Positions 30,170-41,332 are shown, counted from the first letter of the stretch. The stretch is DNA of 64,000 bases from Pelagomonas calceolata (GCA_918797485.1 CAKKNE010000006.1:1-64000), one strand, 5' to 3'. Notes: generated from the sequence alone by a model not told the origin. Made by a program: numbers and translations.

Positions 30170-30258
30170 CCGGAGACCCCCCCATCCCTTTTTATCCGGC
30201 GGCGGATTGGCTGAGACCCCCTGACTAATCCCTTTGAAAACAAATGCTTACAACTATC

Positions 30259-31599
30259 CTAATAGAAGGACATTTCCTTCCCGCCTCGGCTCTTGAGAAG
30301 CCGATTGATGGCGTCGAAGTCGTCCTCCTCCGTGGCCGATGAGAGTCCATCATTTTGGTACCAATTTACCTCTACGATGAGGGGACAGCCGCCGACGAGA
30401 CGCAGCATATTCGTCGACGTGAGTACTGGAGTCTCATAGACCATGAGGGATCTGAGGGTCTGGGCGCTACGACTTTGCAAGATTGTATCGATTGCCGCCG
30501 GGCTCAAACTGTTCTCCGCCGTCAGCGAAAGATGCTCCAGAGACAAACTATCGCACAGAACTTGCAGGCACGCGTCGTCGACCTCACAGTTCCATCCTAG
30601 TTCGAGGCTTTTGAGCGTCGGCCGCGCCTGCACCAGCGAACGATAGAAGTCAAGCCCAGCAGCGAATTCATCCGGCAGGCTCAAGTGCGTCAGCAGCTCA
30701 AAGCCTCTAGCACACTGGAGGACTGTATGCAGCGAGATCTCAGTCTCAGAATAAAAGTCCATCTTTTTCAGACGACCCCTCAAAGGCGTCCGCAACAGCA
30801 CATCCATCAAGGCCGGCCGTACAGTGCACTCGGAAAGATCCACTTCGTCCGCGCGCGTGCACGCCCGCACCGTCTCTTCGATCGCGGCGTACCGGACCGG
30901 CTCCCCACCAAAGTTAAGACGTTTCGTGTTGGGAAAATGCTTGGCGTAGCTTTCGGCTTCTCCGATTCCAATAATGGGGTTGTAATTGGCATTGCCGAGT
31001 TCAACGTGTTCAAGCAAGGGACACAGGCCGCTTAATTCTGCGCAGAATTCATCAATATCCTCACCCGTGATGGTGTCGACCTCACTAAAGCGCAAAGTCA
31101 ATTCCTTCAGCTGTGGGGATGCGCGGCACAGTTCCAAGGCAAAATCTCTACCAATTGAGTAGGGCATGGGAGTGACATAGAGCTTGAGCAGACGACCTCG
31201 CGTGCTTACTACGAAGCTCCGAAGCGCGGCTAGGATATCAGCTGACGGATTATTGTTGCAGTGGTTCGTAAATACTCTGAGATGTCGGCATCCGCTGCCG
31301 AACACCCGTCCCTTGGCCTCGATGGCTTTCCCATCCGACCCGCCATGCGACCCCATGCCAGGTCGGATAGACAAGTATTCCACCACTGCGTGATCCCTGG
31401 CGGCCAAACGCACCGCGGCCACGCACGCGCGGCAGGCGCTCCGCAGAGCGAGTAGGTCGGCCGGATCTCCTTTCTCCCAGGAAATTGTTCGATGAAATTG
31501 TTTCCTTCGCCCCGCATACAATGCGATACGCGCAAGCAGCTCGACAGGCAATCCATCGAGCCGAGGTGTTGGCCGCGCTGCCGCAGCGCTCGCAGCCAT
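30259..31599 (-). CDS. F-box-like/LRR (RNI-like) protein
   Basis: LDGLPVELLARI F-box-like start; LxxLxL repeats (SPQLKELTL, CPLLEHVEL, PTLKSLEL); visibly lower GC than neighbouring genes. Confidence 0.65.
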   Translation of the reverse strand: MAASAAAARPTPRLDGLPVELLARIALYAGRRKQFHRTISWEKGDPADLLALRSACRACVAAVRLAARDHAVVEYLSIRPGMGSHGGSDGKAIEAKGRVFGSGCRHLRVFTNHCNNNPSADILAALRSFVVSTRGRLLKLYVTPMPYSIGRDFALELCRASPQLKELTLRFSEVDTITGEDIDEFCAELSGLCPLLEHVELGNANYNPIIGIGEAESYAKHFPNTKRLNFGGEPVRYAAIEETVRACTRADEVDLSECTVRPALMDVLLRTPLRGRLKKMDFYSETEISLHTVLQCARGFELLTHLSLPDEFAAGLDFYRSLVQARPTLKSLELGWNCEVDDACLQVLCDSLSLEHLSLTAENSLSPAAIDTILQSRSAQTLRSLMVYETPVLTSTNMLRLVGGCPLIVEVNWYQNDGLSSATEEDDFDAINRLLKSRGGKEMSFY

Positions 31600-31819
31600 G
31601 ATCGGTGCGCTCCTTGAACTCGCGCTTACAATTTTTGGACGCACGGACACCTGTGTTTCGACCAAAAAAGCCAAAAAAGCCAAGTGACGGCGTGCGGCCT
31701 TGTTTACAAGTGTAAGACACTAGCAAGCCGGGAAAAACCCTCTACATGATAGTACATCGGCCGAGACCCTCTGTTTTAACCTTCGAGTGGACATGTAAAA
31801 ACCGACGCGTCTTAGGACC

Positions 31820-32227
31820 TCAGCCGCGGCCGCCGCTCCGTCCCCGGCCGCCGCCCCGGCCCTTGCCCTCGCGCCCCCGGCCGCGGCCCCGCCCCCGGCC
31901 CCGCCCGCGCCCTCGGCCGTCCGCGTTCACGCGGCCGCCGCGGCCGCCCTTGCCGGGCTGGTGCTTTTTGCGGGACTCCTCTTCTTCCGCCACCATATCA
32001 ATAATTTCGTCGGGAATTCTCAGATATTTGATCGAGTTCCCGCGAATGTAGCACTGCGGCAGCTTCCAGAAGCGGTCGCCGTCGCGGCTCGTGCAGATGA
32101 CGTCCTCGAGATTCACGTTCATCCAGGTGTCGGCGCCGACGAGCTTGCCGTTGTACGTGTCGCCGTTTTTCAGCTCAATCAACATCGCCTGGCCCGTGGC
32201 CGTCGACAGGAGGCTCAGCGGCAGCAT
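31820..32227 (-). CDS. LSM4: U6 snRNA-associated Sm-like protein LSm4
   Basis: MLPLSLL....GQ.M.IELKNG.TYNG.L...[32 protein letters not shown] plus an RG tail. Confidence 0.97.
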   Translation of the reverse strand: MLPLSLLSTATGQAMLIELKNGDTYNGKLVGADTWMNVNLEDVICTSRDGDRFWKLPQCYIRGNSIKYLRIPDEIIDMVAEEEESRKKHQPGKGGRGGRVNADGRGRGRGRGRGRGRGREGKGRGGGRGRSGGRG

Positions 32228-32624
32228 GTTTCACCGCTTCTCTGCTTAGCAGCCCTCTGGGTGTGTTTTGCAGGACGGCGCGGCGCGCGCGCTGGCTGGC
32301 TGCGAGCGCAAGTGATGCGGCTTCTTCTGGCAATCGTCTCAGAACGCGTAGCCAAATCGACGCGTAAATCAGCGTCCCTTGGCCGCCGCGCCCCCGGCCC
32401 ATGCTAGTGTCTTACAGCCGCTGCTACGGCTCGTCGCGGAGCTGAGTTTGCAAGGCTGGAGGCAACGTAGGCACCTGGCAGTACCGCATTGGGATCGCTT
32501 GATACGCCAGCAAGTCCAGCGCTCTCAATTGATAGCCGTCAGAGGCTGGGCCACAGCATCCCTCGCCGTCAGCGCTTCAGACGCCGGCACAGCATCCCTC
32601 GCCGTCAGCGCATCATCAGTGGAA

Positions 32625-33515
32625 ATGAGCGCCCGCGGCGCACAGATCGTCGGACGCCTCGCCGGGCGCCGCCGCCTCTCGTCCCCATCCGGCGGCGGCC
32701 GCGGCGCCGGCCGCGGCGGTCGGGGCCGCGGCCGAGGGAAGGGCCGCGCGGCGCGCGGCCGCGGCGGCCGCGGCCGGGGCACGGGCCTCGAGGCGCCGCC
32801 CGGTGCCGTCGTCTGGGACGCGCAGGTGCACGACCCGCGGCCGCTCAACCTCGGCTTCGTCCGCGACGCGACGAAGAACGAGATCCACGCGGCCCACAAG
32901 GGCGGCGTGGAGATAGCGGCCCTGAGCGCCAAGCATGGTTTGCCCGTGGACCGCATCAAGGCGATTTTGATGCTCAAGGACCTCGAGGACGACGCCAGAG
33001 CAGCCGGCACGGTCCACGAGGGCCTCAACAATGAATTCGAGCAGCACGCGACCCAATTCCTCAAGGAAGTGAGCGGGTACTACGGCGTGCCCGTGCCGAA
33101 CAGCCATCATAGAGCGGACACGGACGCGGCGGCGTCGTCCTCTCAAAAGCGCCTCGTGGCCCTCGGCGAGGACGACGACGAGGCGGCCGTGCGCGCGGCG
33201 CTCGCGGCGCGCGACGAGGCCGCGGCGGCGGACTCTGATGGTGTGGCGGCCGAGGAAATTGTAGAGGTGGCGCCGCGGCCGGCGGAGCCCGGCGCCTTCG
33301 TCTTCCGGGACCTCGACGCGGATACTACAAAAGTCGTGTCCAAGGGCGGCGGCGAGCGCGCCGCCGACGCGGCCGACGAGGCGCACCGGTCCTGGGCGCG
33401 CAAGGAGCCGTTCTGGGACGCGCACGCGGCCGAGCGGCGCTGGGCCGAGCGCGGGCGGAAGGAAGGCGTCGAGGAGGCGTCGGCGGCGTCCTCCTCAGAG
33501 GGCGTGCAGAGCTAA
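32625..33515 (+). CDS. Putative mitochondrial ribosomal small-subunit protein (mS45/Bot1p-like)
   Basis: Arg-rich presequence; KNEIH...LSAKHGLPVDRIKAILMLK..E resembles the Bot1p core motif (recognition only). Confidence 0.5.
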   Translation: MSARGAQIVGRLAGRRRLSSPSGGGRGAGRGGRGRGRGKGRAARGRGGRGRGTGLEAPPGAVVWDAQVHDPRPLNLGFVRDATKNEIHAAHKGGVEIAALSAKHGLPVDRIKAILMLKDLEDDARAAGTVHEGLNNEFEQHATQFLKEVSGYYGVPVPNSHHRADTDAAASSSQKRLVALGEDDDEAAVRAALAARDEAAAADSDGVAAEEIVEVAPRPAEPGAFVFRDLDADTTKVVSKGGGERAADAADEAHRSWARKEPFWDAHAAERRWAERGRKEGVEEASAASSSEGVQS

Positions 33516-33623
33516 TATTTGTGTAACGCACTCGTTCGACACGGGTTTTCCACACAGAATGGGAGAGGCCAGGCTCTGTTGCATTTGTTAGCCATCTTGG
33601 CGTAGCGTTTTACTCGAGCAGGC

Positions 33624-35285
33624 TTGCCACAAGACCAGCAAACCGCGATAGAAGGAGTTATAGCTCGACGCTTCGCGTGTGGAAACCACAACAGGGCCAG
33701 CTATAAACAGTCTCCTGGACAGCGTCGAGACGCCGTCGACGCGTCAAGCATTGTGGCTACAGCCCTGCTCCTGGGGGCGCCTCGTAGTCATGACGCGAGA
33801 CCCCACCGCCACCGGTTCCGGAGACTCCAGCGCGACGACCGAGCTTGGAGAGCGCGACGAGGTCGTGATTACCGTCGCCGAGCTCTCCGTGGACACTGCG
33901 GCGGCTGCGGCGCCGCGCACCCCGCCTGGACGCCCAAGTGCCGCGCGTGCGCCGACTCCTCCTCTTCGACGCTCGCGTCGGACCTGCGGCGCGCGTCTAC
34001 CGCTTCCTCTGACCCGTCGACTTCCTCGGCGGCATCCTTCGGCGCACCGCCACCGCCGAACCCCATCTTCACGCGCGCCGCGGCGCCGCCCATCGACGCA
34101 GCGGCGGCGCGCCGCGCGGCCGCTCTGAGAACGCGCGTCGAGAACGACGCCCTCGACGGCGAGGCGGCCTACCAGCTCGCGCTCATGTATACTAGTGGAA
34201 ACGGCGTCGTGCGCGACGAGGCCGAGAGCCTTCGTTTGCTGCGCGGCGCGGCGGAGGTCGGCCACCGCGACGCCGCGGCTTTGTTGGGTGTGGCGCCCGT
34301 CGTGCAGGCCCCTGCGCCGCCGCCGCCGCCACGACGCGTCGTTGCGCCGATCGGCTCGGCCTGGGCGGCGGCGCCGTCGCCGCCGCCGCCGCGCGGCCCG
34401 CCGAGCCCCGGCCGGGTGCTCCCCGGCCAGGGTCGAGGCTTCTTCTCGTTCGGCGGCGGCCTCTTCTCCCAGCGACCGCCGGCGCCGGGGCTGCTCGCCG
34501 AGCTCGGCGGCGAGCGGCTCGAGGACGTGTCGCCGCCGCTGGCGTCCTCGCCGCCTCTGCTGGCCCCGTCGTCCATGCTGGCGCCGCCCCCAATTCCTTC
34601 GCTCCCGCCTCCGGTGGTTCCACCGCCCATGCCGGCGCCGCCGCCCGCGGCGCCGGCGCCGCCGCCCGCGCCGGCGAAGACGCGCGGCGTCGTGCGCTGG
34701 TACGCGGCGGACAAGGGCTACGGCTTCCTCTCGAGCGGGCCCGGGGCCGACGTCTTCGTGTTCCAAGACGACGTCACGGACCACGAGGCGCGCGGCCCGC
34801 TGAAGGAGGGCGAGGCCGTCACGTTTACCGTTTCGATGTACCGGGGCAAACCCAAAGCTCTGGACGTCGAGCGCGACGTACCGGTACCGGCCGTCACCGT
34901 CGCGCCCCCGGCTCCTCCAGCGCCTCTGGCGCCTCCGGCCGCGCCGCGCCGCGTTGGTCGCGTGCGCTGGTTTGATATCGCTCGCAAATATGGTTTCATC
35001 GTGCCGCTCGACGGTGCGCCCGACGTGTTCCTGCACTTGCGGGATTTGGACCCAGGCGTCGCCGAAGCCCTCGAGGAGCTCGCCGTCGTCTCCTACGACG
35101 TCGTGCCCTACCGGGACAAGACCAAGGCCGTCCGCCTCCAGATCGTCGACGCGGCGGCGTACGCGCAGCTCGTGCTCGAGAATCAGGGGCGCACGCTCTC
35201 CGTTCAAGACGCGGCCGTCGAACTCGGTCGTCTACGCGCTATCCCCCTCCCTCCGCGCGCCGGCGAGGATCCGACCCGGGTATAA
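33624..35285 (+). CDS. Sel1 repeat plus two cold-shock (CSD) domains; 5' end uncertain
   Basis: AAYQLALMY..G.GV..D..E...LL..AAE.GH (Sel1); GVVRWY..KGYGFL...DVFVF and GRVRWF...KYGFI...DVFLH (CSD). Confidence 0.75.
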   Translation: MPQDQQTAIEGVIARRFACGNHNRASYKQSPGQRRDAVDASSIVATALLLGAPRSHDARPHRHRFRRLQRDDRAWRARRGRDYRRRALRGHCGGCGAAHPAWTPKCRACADSSSSTLASDLRRASTASSDPSTSSAASFGAPPPPNPIFTRAAAPPIDAAAARRAAALRTRVENDALDGEAAYQLALMYTSGNGVVRDEAESLRLLRGAAEVGHRDAAALLGVAPVVQAPAPPPPPRRVVAPIGSAWAAAPSPPPPRGPPSPGRVLPGQGRGFFSFGGGLFSQRPPAPGLLAELGGERLEDVSPPLASSPPLLAPSSMLAPPPIPSLPPPVVPPPMPAPPPAAPAPPPAPAKTRGVVRWYAADKGYGFLSSGPGADVFVFQDDVTDHEARGPLKEGEAVTFTVSMYRGKPKALDVERDVPVPAVTVAPPAPPAPLAPPAAPRRVGRVRWFDIARKYGFIVPLDGAPDVFLHLRDLDPGVAEALEELAVVSYDVVPYRDKTKAVRLQIVDAAAYAQLVLENQGRTLSVQDAAVELGRLRAIPLPPRAGEDPTRV

Positions 35286-35326
35286 AGTGTCCACAACAAT
35301 TATTTACACGCCTAGCGCTGCCGACT

Positions 35327-37066
35327 TCAGATAGTTGTCCCCGGGACCTCTGGCACGCTGTCGTCATCTTCCTCGTCGGTCGCCAATGGTTTCTTCCACC
35401 AGTGGAAGTCCTCCTCCGCGACGGCGAGCAAGGCTCGCCTCGCCCGCACGGCCGCCGGCCGGTTATTCTGCGCCTCCAAGCCGCGCCGGAGCAGCTCCGA
35501 CGCGTCGCCGTCGCCGCGCGCGAGCTCGGTGAATATCTTGACGGCCGACGGCCGGTCGTCTGCGACGTCGCCGCCGCCCTCGTCGCTCGCGTCGTCGTCA
35601 GGTTCGTCGAAGAAGTGTCGCTGGCGGGGCGGCGCCCGCGCGCGCGGCGTCGGCGCGCGGTTCAGCCTCAGCGCAAACTCATGGTCGCGCCTTTCCTGCG
35701 ACGCGCGCCTCGCTTCCTCCGAGTCGCGTGCCGGCGGCTCCACTAAGCTTACAGCTAGCGCGTGGTCTCGCCGCTCCTGCGACGCGCGCCGCGCAGCCTC
35801 CTCCTCCTCGGCACGCGCCGCGACCGCCTCCGCCTCGGCGCGCCGCGCCTGAGACAGGCGCCGCGCTTCCTCCTCGGCTCGGCGCGCCGCCTCCGCGCGC
35901 CGCGCTTCCTCCTCGGCGCGGCGCGCTTCCTCATCGGCGCGTCGCTGCGCCTCGGCGCGCCGCGCTTCCTCGTCGGCTCGTCGCTCCGCCTCTCGTCGGG
36001 CGTCCGCCTCGTCCGCCGCCGGGGCCACTTCGGCGTACCACCGCGCCTGCGACGCGCGCCGGGCCTCCTCCGCCGAGGGCGACGTGAGCGGCGAGATGCT
36101 GTCGTCCTGCGTCTGCGAGACGTCGTACTGGAAGCCTCCCGGCCTCGTCGCGCCGACCGCGTCGCTCTGGGGACTAGACCCGCCGCTGTCCGTCGGCTCC
36201 GCCTCGTCATAGGGCTCCAGCGCATTGGGCTCCGGCCGCGCCGCCGGCGTCGGCGTCGGCAGCACGGCGTCCAGCGCGTCGGGCTCGAGCGCGTCGCCGG
36301 AGGCGGGTGCGGCGAGGACAGGGCCGCGGGAGGCGACGGCGGCGAGCGCCGCGCGGCCCGCGGCGAGCGCCGCCTGCCCGCCCTCGAACGCGTCGGCGGC
36401 GGCCCCGCGCGCCGCCGCGATGTCGTCGACGAGCTCCCGGCGCGCGTCCTTGCCGCGCCGCTTCATGATCAAGCGGTGCCGCGTGTCCGTCGCGCGCATG
36501 ACCGTGTTGTTCGCCGCTTCGAGCCGCGTGGCGACCTCGCGCAGCGCCTTCAGGGTCGCGCGCCGCGTCTCGCCGCGCGCGCGCAGCGCGGCCACCACGG
36601 CCGCGTCGTAAAACACGGCGCCGGCGCGCCACGTCGGCGCGCCCCGCAGCGCGAGTTCGTACGATACGCCCGGCTGGCCCGGCCCGTCTCCTAGTAATTG
36701 CACTCCATCACCATCGCTCAAGGACGCGCGCGTGCCCTTGCCCACGGGCGCCTGGTTGACCGCGAAGCCGTTGTTCGTGTGGCACTCGACGACGGCATTT
36801 GTGTCCTCCGTGCGCTGGAAGATGCAGTGGACCTTGCTGAGGCGCTTCGACGCCTCGAGGGCGACGCGGTCGATCTGGGTTGAGGTCACGTCGGGCAGCG
36901 CGTCGTCGTGCGCCGACGCCGTCCTAAACACGGTGTCCGGCGCCTCGTAGTGCTCCGGCCGGCGCCCTACGACAACTCTCGTCGCGCAGAGCGGGATGAC
37001 CTCGGGGAAGGCAGCGTCGCCTTTTGTGCGTCGCAGGACGCCCCAGCAGGCGCGGTCGTGTTCCAT
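35327..37066 (-). CDS. FHA-domain protein with coiled-coil/charged repeats
   Basis: VVVGR...LSKVHC.F...TNNG..VN...L.DGD.V.L FHA pattern; EEEARRA repeats. Confidence 0.75.
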   Translation of the reverse strand: MEHDRACWGVLRRTKGDAAFPEVIPLCATRVVVGRRPEHYEAPDTVFRTASAHDDALPDVTSTQIDRVALEASKRLSKVHCIFQRTEDTNAVVECHTNNGFAVNQAPVGKGTRASLSDGDGVQLLGDGPGQPGVSYELALRGAPTWRAGAVFYDAAVVAALRARGETRRATLKALREVATRLEAANNTVMRATDTRHRLIMKRRGKDARRELVDDIAAARGAAADAFEGGQAALAAGRAALAAVASRGPVLAAPASGDALEPDALDAVLPTPTPAARPEPNALEPYDEAEPTDSGGSSPQSDAVGATRPGGFQYDVSQTQDDSISPLTSPSAEEARRASQARWYAEVAPAADEADARREAERRADEEARRAEAQRRADEEARRAEEEARRAEAARRAEEEARRLSQARRAEAEAVAARAEEEEAARRASQERRDHALAVSLVEPPARDSEEARRASQERRDHEFALRLNRAPTPRARAPPRQRHFFDEPDDDASDEGGGDVADDRPSAVKIFTELARGDGDASELLRRGLEAQNNRPAAVRARRALLAVAEEDFHWWKKPLATDEEDDDSVPEVPGTTI

Positions 37067-37289
37067 TGCCCGCTAGCGCATTTTGGTGTTTTGGTCTGCT
37101 TTGGCCCCAGTGCCTTGCTGCACACCTTAAGACTAGCCGGAATCGATGCTGCGCTAGTAACTATTCAAAAATAGTCACGACTATGCTGTAGCTTGATCGC
37201 TGGGTCGGTCTAGGCTGCAAACGAGATTCGCGCCGAGCACCGATACCTAGCGCTGTAAGACACTAGCAATAGGGTTCCGCGTATTAGCT

Positions 37290-37353
37290 CTAGTCCAGCC
37301 GGGGTGGGCCCGGGGGAGCGGGAGGGGTACGGGGGACCCTGCGACGTAACTAG
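37290..37353 (-). repeat. Dispersed CTAG-bounded repeat, copy 2
   Basis: Reverse complement matches 20661-20728, with one substitution and short indels. Confidence 0.9.
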
Positions 37354-37441
37354 CCTGAGCCTGAGCCATCGACGCCATCGACGCGAACGCACGCCACATC
37401 GACGCCATCGCCGCGCCGTCGTAAAACTATGGTCCCCCAAT

Positions 37442-38296
37442 TTAGGCCCCCCACTGCTGCGCCGCCGCACCGGCCGCCTGGGCGTTCGGGTCCCACTGCT
37501 GCTCCGGCGCGGCCGGCGCCGCGAAGCCGCCGGTCGCGGCCGGCGCCTGCTCGAAGCCCGCCATGGCGTTCGGGTCCGAGTAGGGCTGCTCCTTCGGCGC
37601 CGCCTCGCCGGCGGAGGCGTTCCAGGTCTGGGCCTGCTCCTGCTCCGCCGCGAAGGCCTGGGCCTCTTCCGCTTTTTCGAGCTCCTCGGGGTCGCGGTAG
37701 AAGAAGAGGTCCACGGGCACGTCCCAGGGGGCTAATCTAGATACGGTACCTCTCATCCTCAAGACCTCTCTGGCCAGCAACCAGTACAAAAGTCCGATGG
37801 AGAGCTTGCCCTTGTTGTTCGACGGGATGGCGACGTCGACGTGCTGGAGGGGAGAGTCCGAGTCGCAGAAGGCGATGACCGGTAAGTTCACGTAGGACGC
37901 CTCGGCGACGGCCTGGGAGTCGGTCCTAGGGTCCGTGATGACCAAAATGCGCGGCTCGCGGAACTGCTTGGTGATCTGGTTGGTAAAGGTACCCGGCGTG
38001 AATCTACCAGCAATGGACGCGGCGCCCGTGTACTGCGCGAACTTCAGGACGGCGCGCTGGCCGTAGGGCCGCGCGGAGATGGCAATCACGTCCTGCGGGT
38101 TCTCGATGGCCGTGAGCACGCGCGCGGCGAGCATCAACTTCTCCCACGTCTTGCCGATGTTAATAATGTGGACGCCGTCCTGCCGTCTCCGCCAAATGTA
38201 CTCCTCCATCATGTGGTCCGAGTTGCGCGTGCCGATGTGGCACTGCGCCGCGAGCATCTTCTGGATGTCCTCCTCCTTGGGGGCGAGGATCGACAT
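37442..38296 (-). CDS. RPSA: 40S ribosomal protein SA (uS2)
   Basis: [62 protein letters not shown] and [10 protein letters not shown]. Confidence 0.98.
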   Translation of the reverse strand: MSILAPKEEDIQKMLAAQCHIGTRNSDHMMEEYIWRRRQDGVHIINIGKTWEKLMLAARVLTAIENPQDVIAISARPYGQRAVLKFAQYTGAASIAGRFTPGTFTNQITKQFREPRILVITDPRTDSQAVAEASYVNLPVIAFCDSDSPLQHVDVAIPSNNKGKLSIGLLYWLLAREVLRMRGTVSRLAPWDVPVDLFFYRDPEELEKAEEAQAFAAEQEQAQTWNASAGEAAPKEQPYSDPNAMAGFEQAPAATGGFAAPAAPEQQWDPNAQAAGAAAQQWGA

Positions 38297-38928
38297 GGTG
38301 GACGCGTTGGCTTGCTACCTGCGGGTGGCGGCGGTTCATACAGATTTGTCGCGGCGGCGGCGTCAAGCTCTCTCTCAGCGCTTGGACGTGCGGCGCTCGA
38401 ACGCCGCGGCGAGGGCCCCTGCCGGCACGGCCTGATCTCGCGGTGCGAGAAGGGCTGGCGCGGCGGCGGCGTCACGCTCTCGGCGTCTCTCTCCAGCGCT
38501 CAGGCGTGCGCCGCGCTCAAAGGCTGCAGCGAGGGCACGGCCTGATCTCGGCGTCACGGGGCTCGCCGAAGGCCGCGCTTGCTCGTCGCAGCGCTTCCTC
38601 CATCGCTGAAGACCTCTGCTGCAGCTCTGTGTCATTGACGCGGTGTGGCACGAGTAAAAGCGGTCCCTTTTACTGCGCTCACTGAATCGCTGAGCCCGCG
38701 ACTTAAAATCAGCTATGCGCGCCACGCCTCTGCTGCTCGGTTCTGAGGCCTATGCACGAGTCCTCGGGACCACACACGAGAAAAACGGCCTTAAAAAAAG
38801 CGGCCTGAAATTGGAGGCCCGGCTATGATGAGGGAGGGCGCGCTTCAGTGGGACCCCGGGACGACCACGAAACCGTCGTCGTCCGAAGACTTGACGGGCC
38901 ACGAGGCGTGCTCTGTCGCCGTCCCCGT

Positions 38929-40755
38929 TCACTTGGCCTTCCGCTTTTTTACTGTCTTCATGTCGGCGATGGCGTCGACGCTGACGATGTCCGGGCAGGT
39001 CCACTTATCGTGTGTGAGACGCCCATAGTACCCCACCGCGGTCGACGGTTCGGCCGGCACTGTCGAAAGGACAAAACCGTACCTCCGGAGGTTCTGCCCA
39101 AAGGCTGTGTAGTCTCTTGAGTATCCGCAGCGCTCTAGCAAACCCAACGCAGCGGTTTTGTCGCGGATCATGATGCAGCACTTGTCCTCGACCCACGCGA
39201 TGGCATCGTCCGCGTCCTCGAGCACAGCGGCGACAAGAGTCGGAAACGAGCCTTTCGGCAAAATGGAAGAGGCGGTACGCGCACGCCGCGGCCGCGCCGG
39301 CGCCGGCGCACGCCGCGGCCGCGGCGCGTACCGCCTCTTCCATTTTTGCGCCAAATGTTTCGCACGACAAAGGTCGCACAGCTTGAATGCTTTGTCACCG
39401 TTCCAGCTGAAGACTCTGCTACCATTACAAGTGCCACAGCTGCGCACTTCGTGATGTTCCGCGACAGCGTCGCACGCCTTCGCCCACGCCAGGGCCTCGT
39501 CGCCTATCTCGTCACGCGACAAACCCGTTCTGTCGAGGAAGACCTCTAGTGCCGGCCGTGCCGGCGCGGCGTCCGGTGGTGTGCCGGCCGGTGGCAGCAG
39601 GAAGTCGGCAGTTAGGCCGAGCTTCCTCAACAAGTCTGTCCCATCTCCGCTCGTGTCCAACGTGCCTTCTTTGAGCCCTTGTACCTCCACCGTGAGCGTC
39701 TCGTGCCTTTTTACCCATAGAGTGGCCATGCGCTCGAGGTGTGCGATGTAGTGGCCGGGTTGCTCCGCCCTCCGCCGTCGCAGGTCTTCCACTTGTTGAT
39801 GCAGCCACGCACCGGAATTTCCTGTCGCATCGACGTCCGGGTCCGTGCGTTCCGCCGCGCCGACCAAGAGCGTCTCCAGCGCGGTCCGCGGAGGCGTGGC
39901 GACGGTCTGGTCCCTCGCTCTGTAGAGGTCCCGTTTTTCGACCTCCAACGCATCGATCTTGCCAAACATCCGCTTGGCGGCGAACTCGAGCGTCACGATG
40001 CGTGCCGCTTGCTTCCCCACTTTGTTCTTTCGAATAGTTTCCTCATGTCGCGCCGACAATCTCTCAGTTGTAGCGAGACGTGTCGCAATCGAGTCGTCGA
40101 CATCGCCTCGTCGCTGGCGCTCGGGCCGCTCGCACGAGCCGTGCGCGCTCTTCTGCTCGGCCATGCAGATGTGGCCGGCCTTGGGGAGGCCGCAGCGCCT
40201 GCAGCGGTACACCCGCGCGCGCTTCTTCTTCTCGACGGGGGCCGCGGCGGCGGCGGCCGGCTTCTTGGAGGCGGGCTTCTCGTAGTCCCACTCGCCCTTC
40301 TCGTAGTCCCAGGTCGCGCCGTGTGGCGCGCCGCCGCTCGGCCGCGGGATGGCGCCCTCGATGCCAGACACCTTCTCCGCGCGGCTCTTGGCGCGCTCGA
40401 CGGGGTCCGTCTCGTGCGACGCGGGCTTCTTGGCGGCGGGCTTCTGCGCCACCGCGTTCTTGGCCTTGAGTTTCGCCCACTTTTGCTCGACGGCGTGACC
40501 CGTCCGGCCCGTCCCCAGGCTCTCGGCGATGGTCTTCCACGTCTCTCCTCCCGGCTCGCCGACGAGCGTTCGCAGGCGCGCCTCCTCGTCGGACGTCCAG
40601 CGCGGCAGCCGCTTCGGCGCGGGCGCGGCGTCTTCATCACTGAGATCGTCGGCGAGGCGCCGCGTGCGCGACGGCTCAGCGGGCGCCGGCCGCGCGGGAG
40701 CCGCCGTCGCGTCGAAGGGCGTCAATAGTCCTTTGGCGGCTTCGTTGTCGCCCAT
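38929..40755 (-). CDS. Myb/SANT + CxxC-GHxC knuckle + C-terminal HSF-like domain protein
   Basis: WTSDEEARL..LV....W..IA..LGTGRT..AVEQKW (Myb); YRCRRCGLPKAGHIC; FP..V...L......I.W.......I.D...F..NL..YGF (HSF-like). Confidence 0.7.
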   Translation of the reverse strand: MGDNEAAKGLLTPFDATAAPARPAPAEPSRTRRLADDLSDEDAAPAPKRLPRWTSDEEARLRTLVGEPGGETWKTIAESLGTGRTGHAVEQKWAKLKAKNAVAQKPAAKKPASHETDPVERAKSRAEKVSGIEGAIPRPSGGAPHGATWDYEKGEWDYEKPASKKPAAAAAAPVEKKKRARVYRCRRCGLPKAGHICMAEQKSAHGSCERPERQRRGDVDDSIATRLATTERLSARHEETIRKNKVGKQAARIVTLEFAAKRMFGKIDALEVEKRDLYRARDQTVATPPRTALETLLVGAAERTDPDVDATGNSGAWLHQQVEDLRRRRAEQPGHYIAHLERMATLWVKRHETLTVEVQGLKEGTLDTSGDGTDLLRKLGLTADFLLPPAGTPPDAAPARPALEVFLDRTGLSRDEIGDEALAWAKACDAVAEHHEVRSCGTCNGSRVFSWNGDKAFKLCDLCRAKHLAQKWKRRYAPRPRRAPAPARPRRARTASSILPKGSFPTLVAAVLEDADDAIAWVEDKCCIMIRDKTAALGLLERCGYSRDYTAFGQNLRRYGFVLSTVPAEPSTAVGYYGRLTHDKWTCPDIVSVDAIADMKTVKKRKAK

Positions 40756-41332
40756 CGCGACGGCGTGACGACCTGCCGCGTTTTGGAGCGCTTGCTGCTC
40801 GGAGAGTGCGGCGTTCAGTCTCTAGTCAGGCCGCAGCGAGCAACGATGTCACAAAAAAACTGCTGCTCGATGTTACGGAGGCTGCCCCTACGGCTGCGGC
40901 CACCGCTTCGGCCGCTTTTGCGTACAGCTAGACGACTTGTTGGTACCTCGGTACTTTACTAGTACCCTTCACCGTAGGTATCTATTATCCGCTCCTTATG
41001 CGAATCGGCGCGCGGAAGCCATCCGATAGTAGCCGCTACGACGAGTAACGAGATACTTAGTCACAAGAACACAACGGGAGGCGGCTTCTTCAGCAGCGTC
41101 TTGGCCCCGAGCGCGACAGAAGTCGAGGCGCATCGGTCGTCGTTCGACGGACGGGCCTCGACGACCAAGTCCCGTCGCCGGTATTTATCATATTGTTTAC
41201 AAAAGGGGCGGGGCACACTCCACATTCATAGAGCCCGACGCGACACGCGCGGGCGGACACAGGGAGGAGAGCGGGAGCAGCGACGGGCGCGCGTCCTGGG
41301 GGTCGTGTTTGGGTTCGCCGGGCTCAGGCAAC

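Noticed and set aside
32551..32611. Short local duplications in 5' regions (also 13593-13628 and 38408-38550)
   Set aside because: Two-copy slippage-type duplications with no further structure.
37363..37420. GACGCCATCG repeats resembling the introner internal motif (also near 33725, 56686 and 63955; TIR-like TTTCCACACAG near 33547)
   Set aside because: No paired TIRs or TSDs; may be remnants but too short to call.
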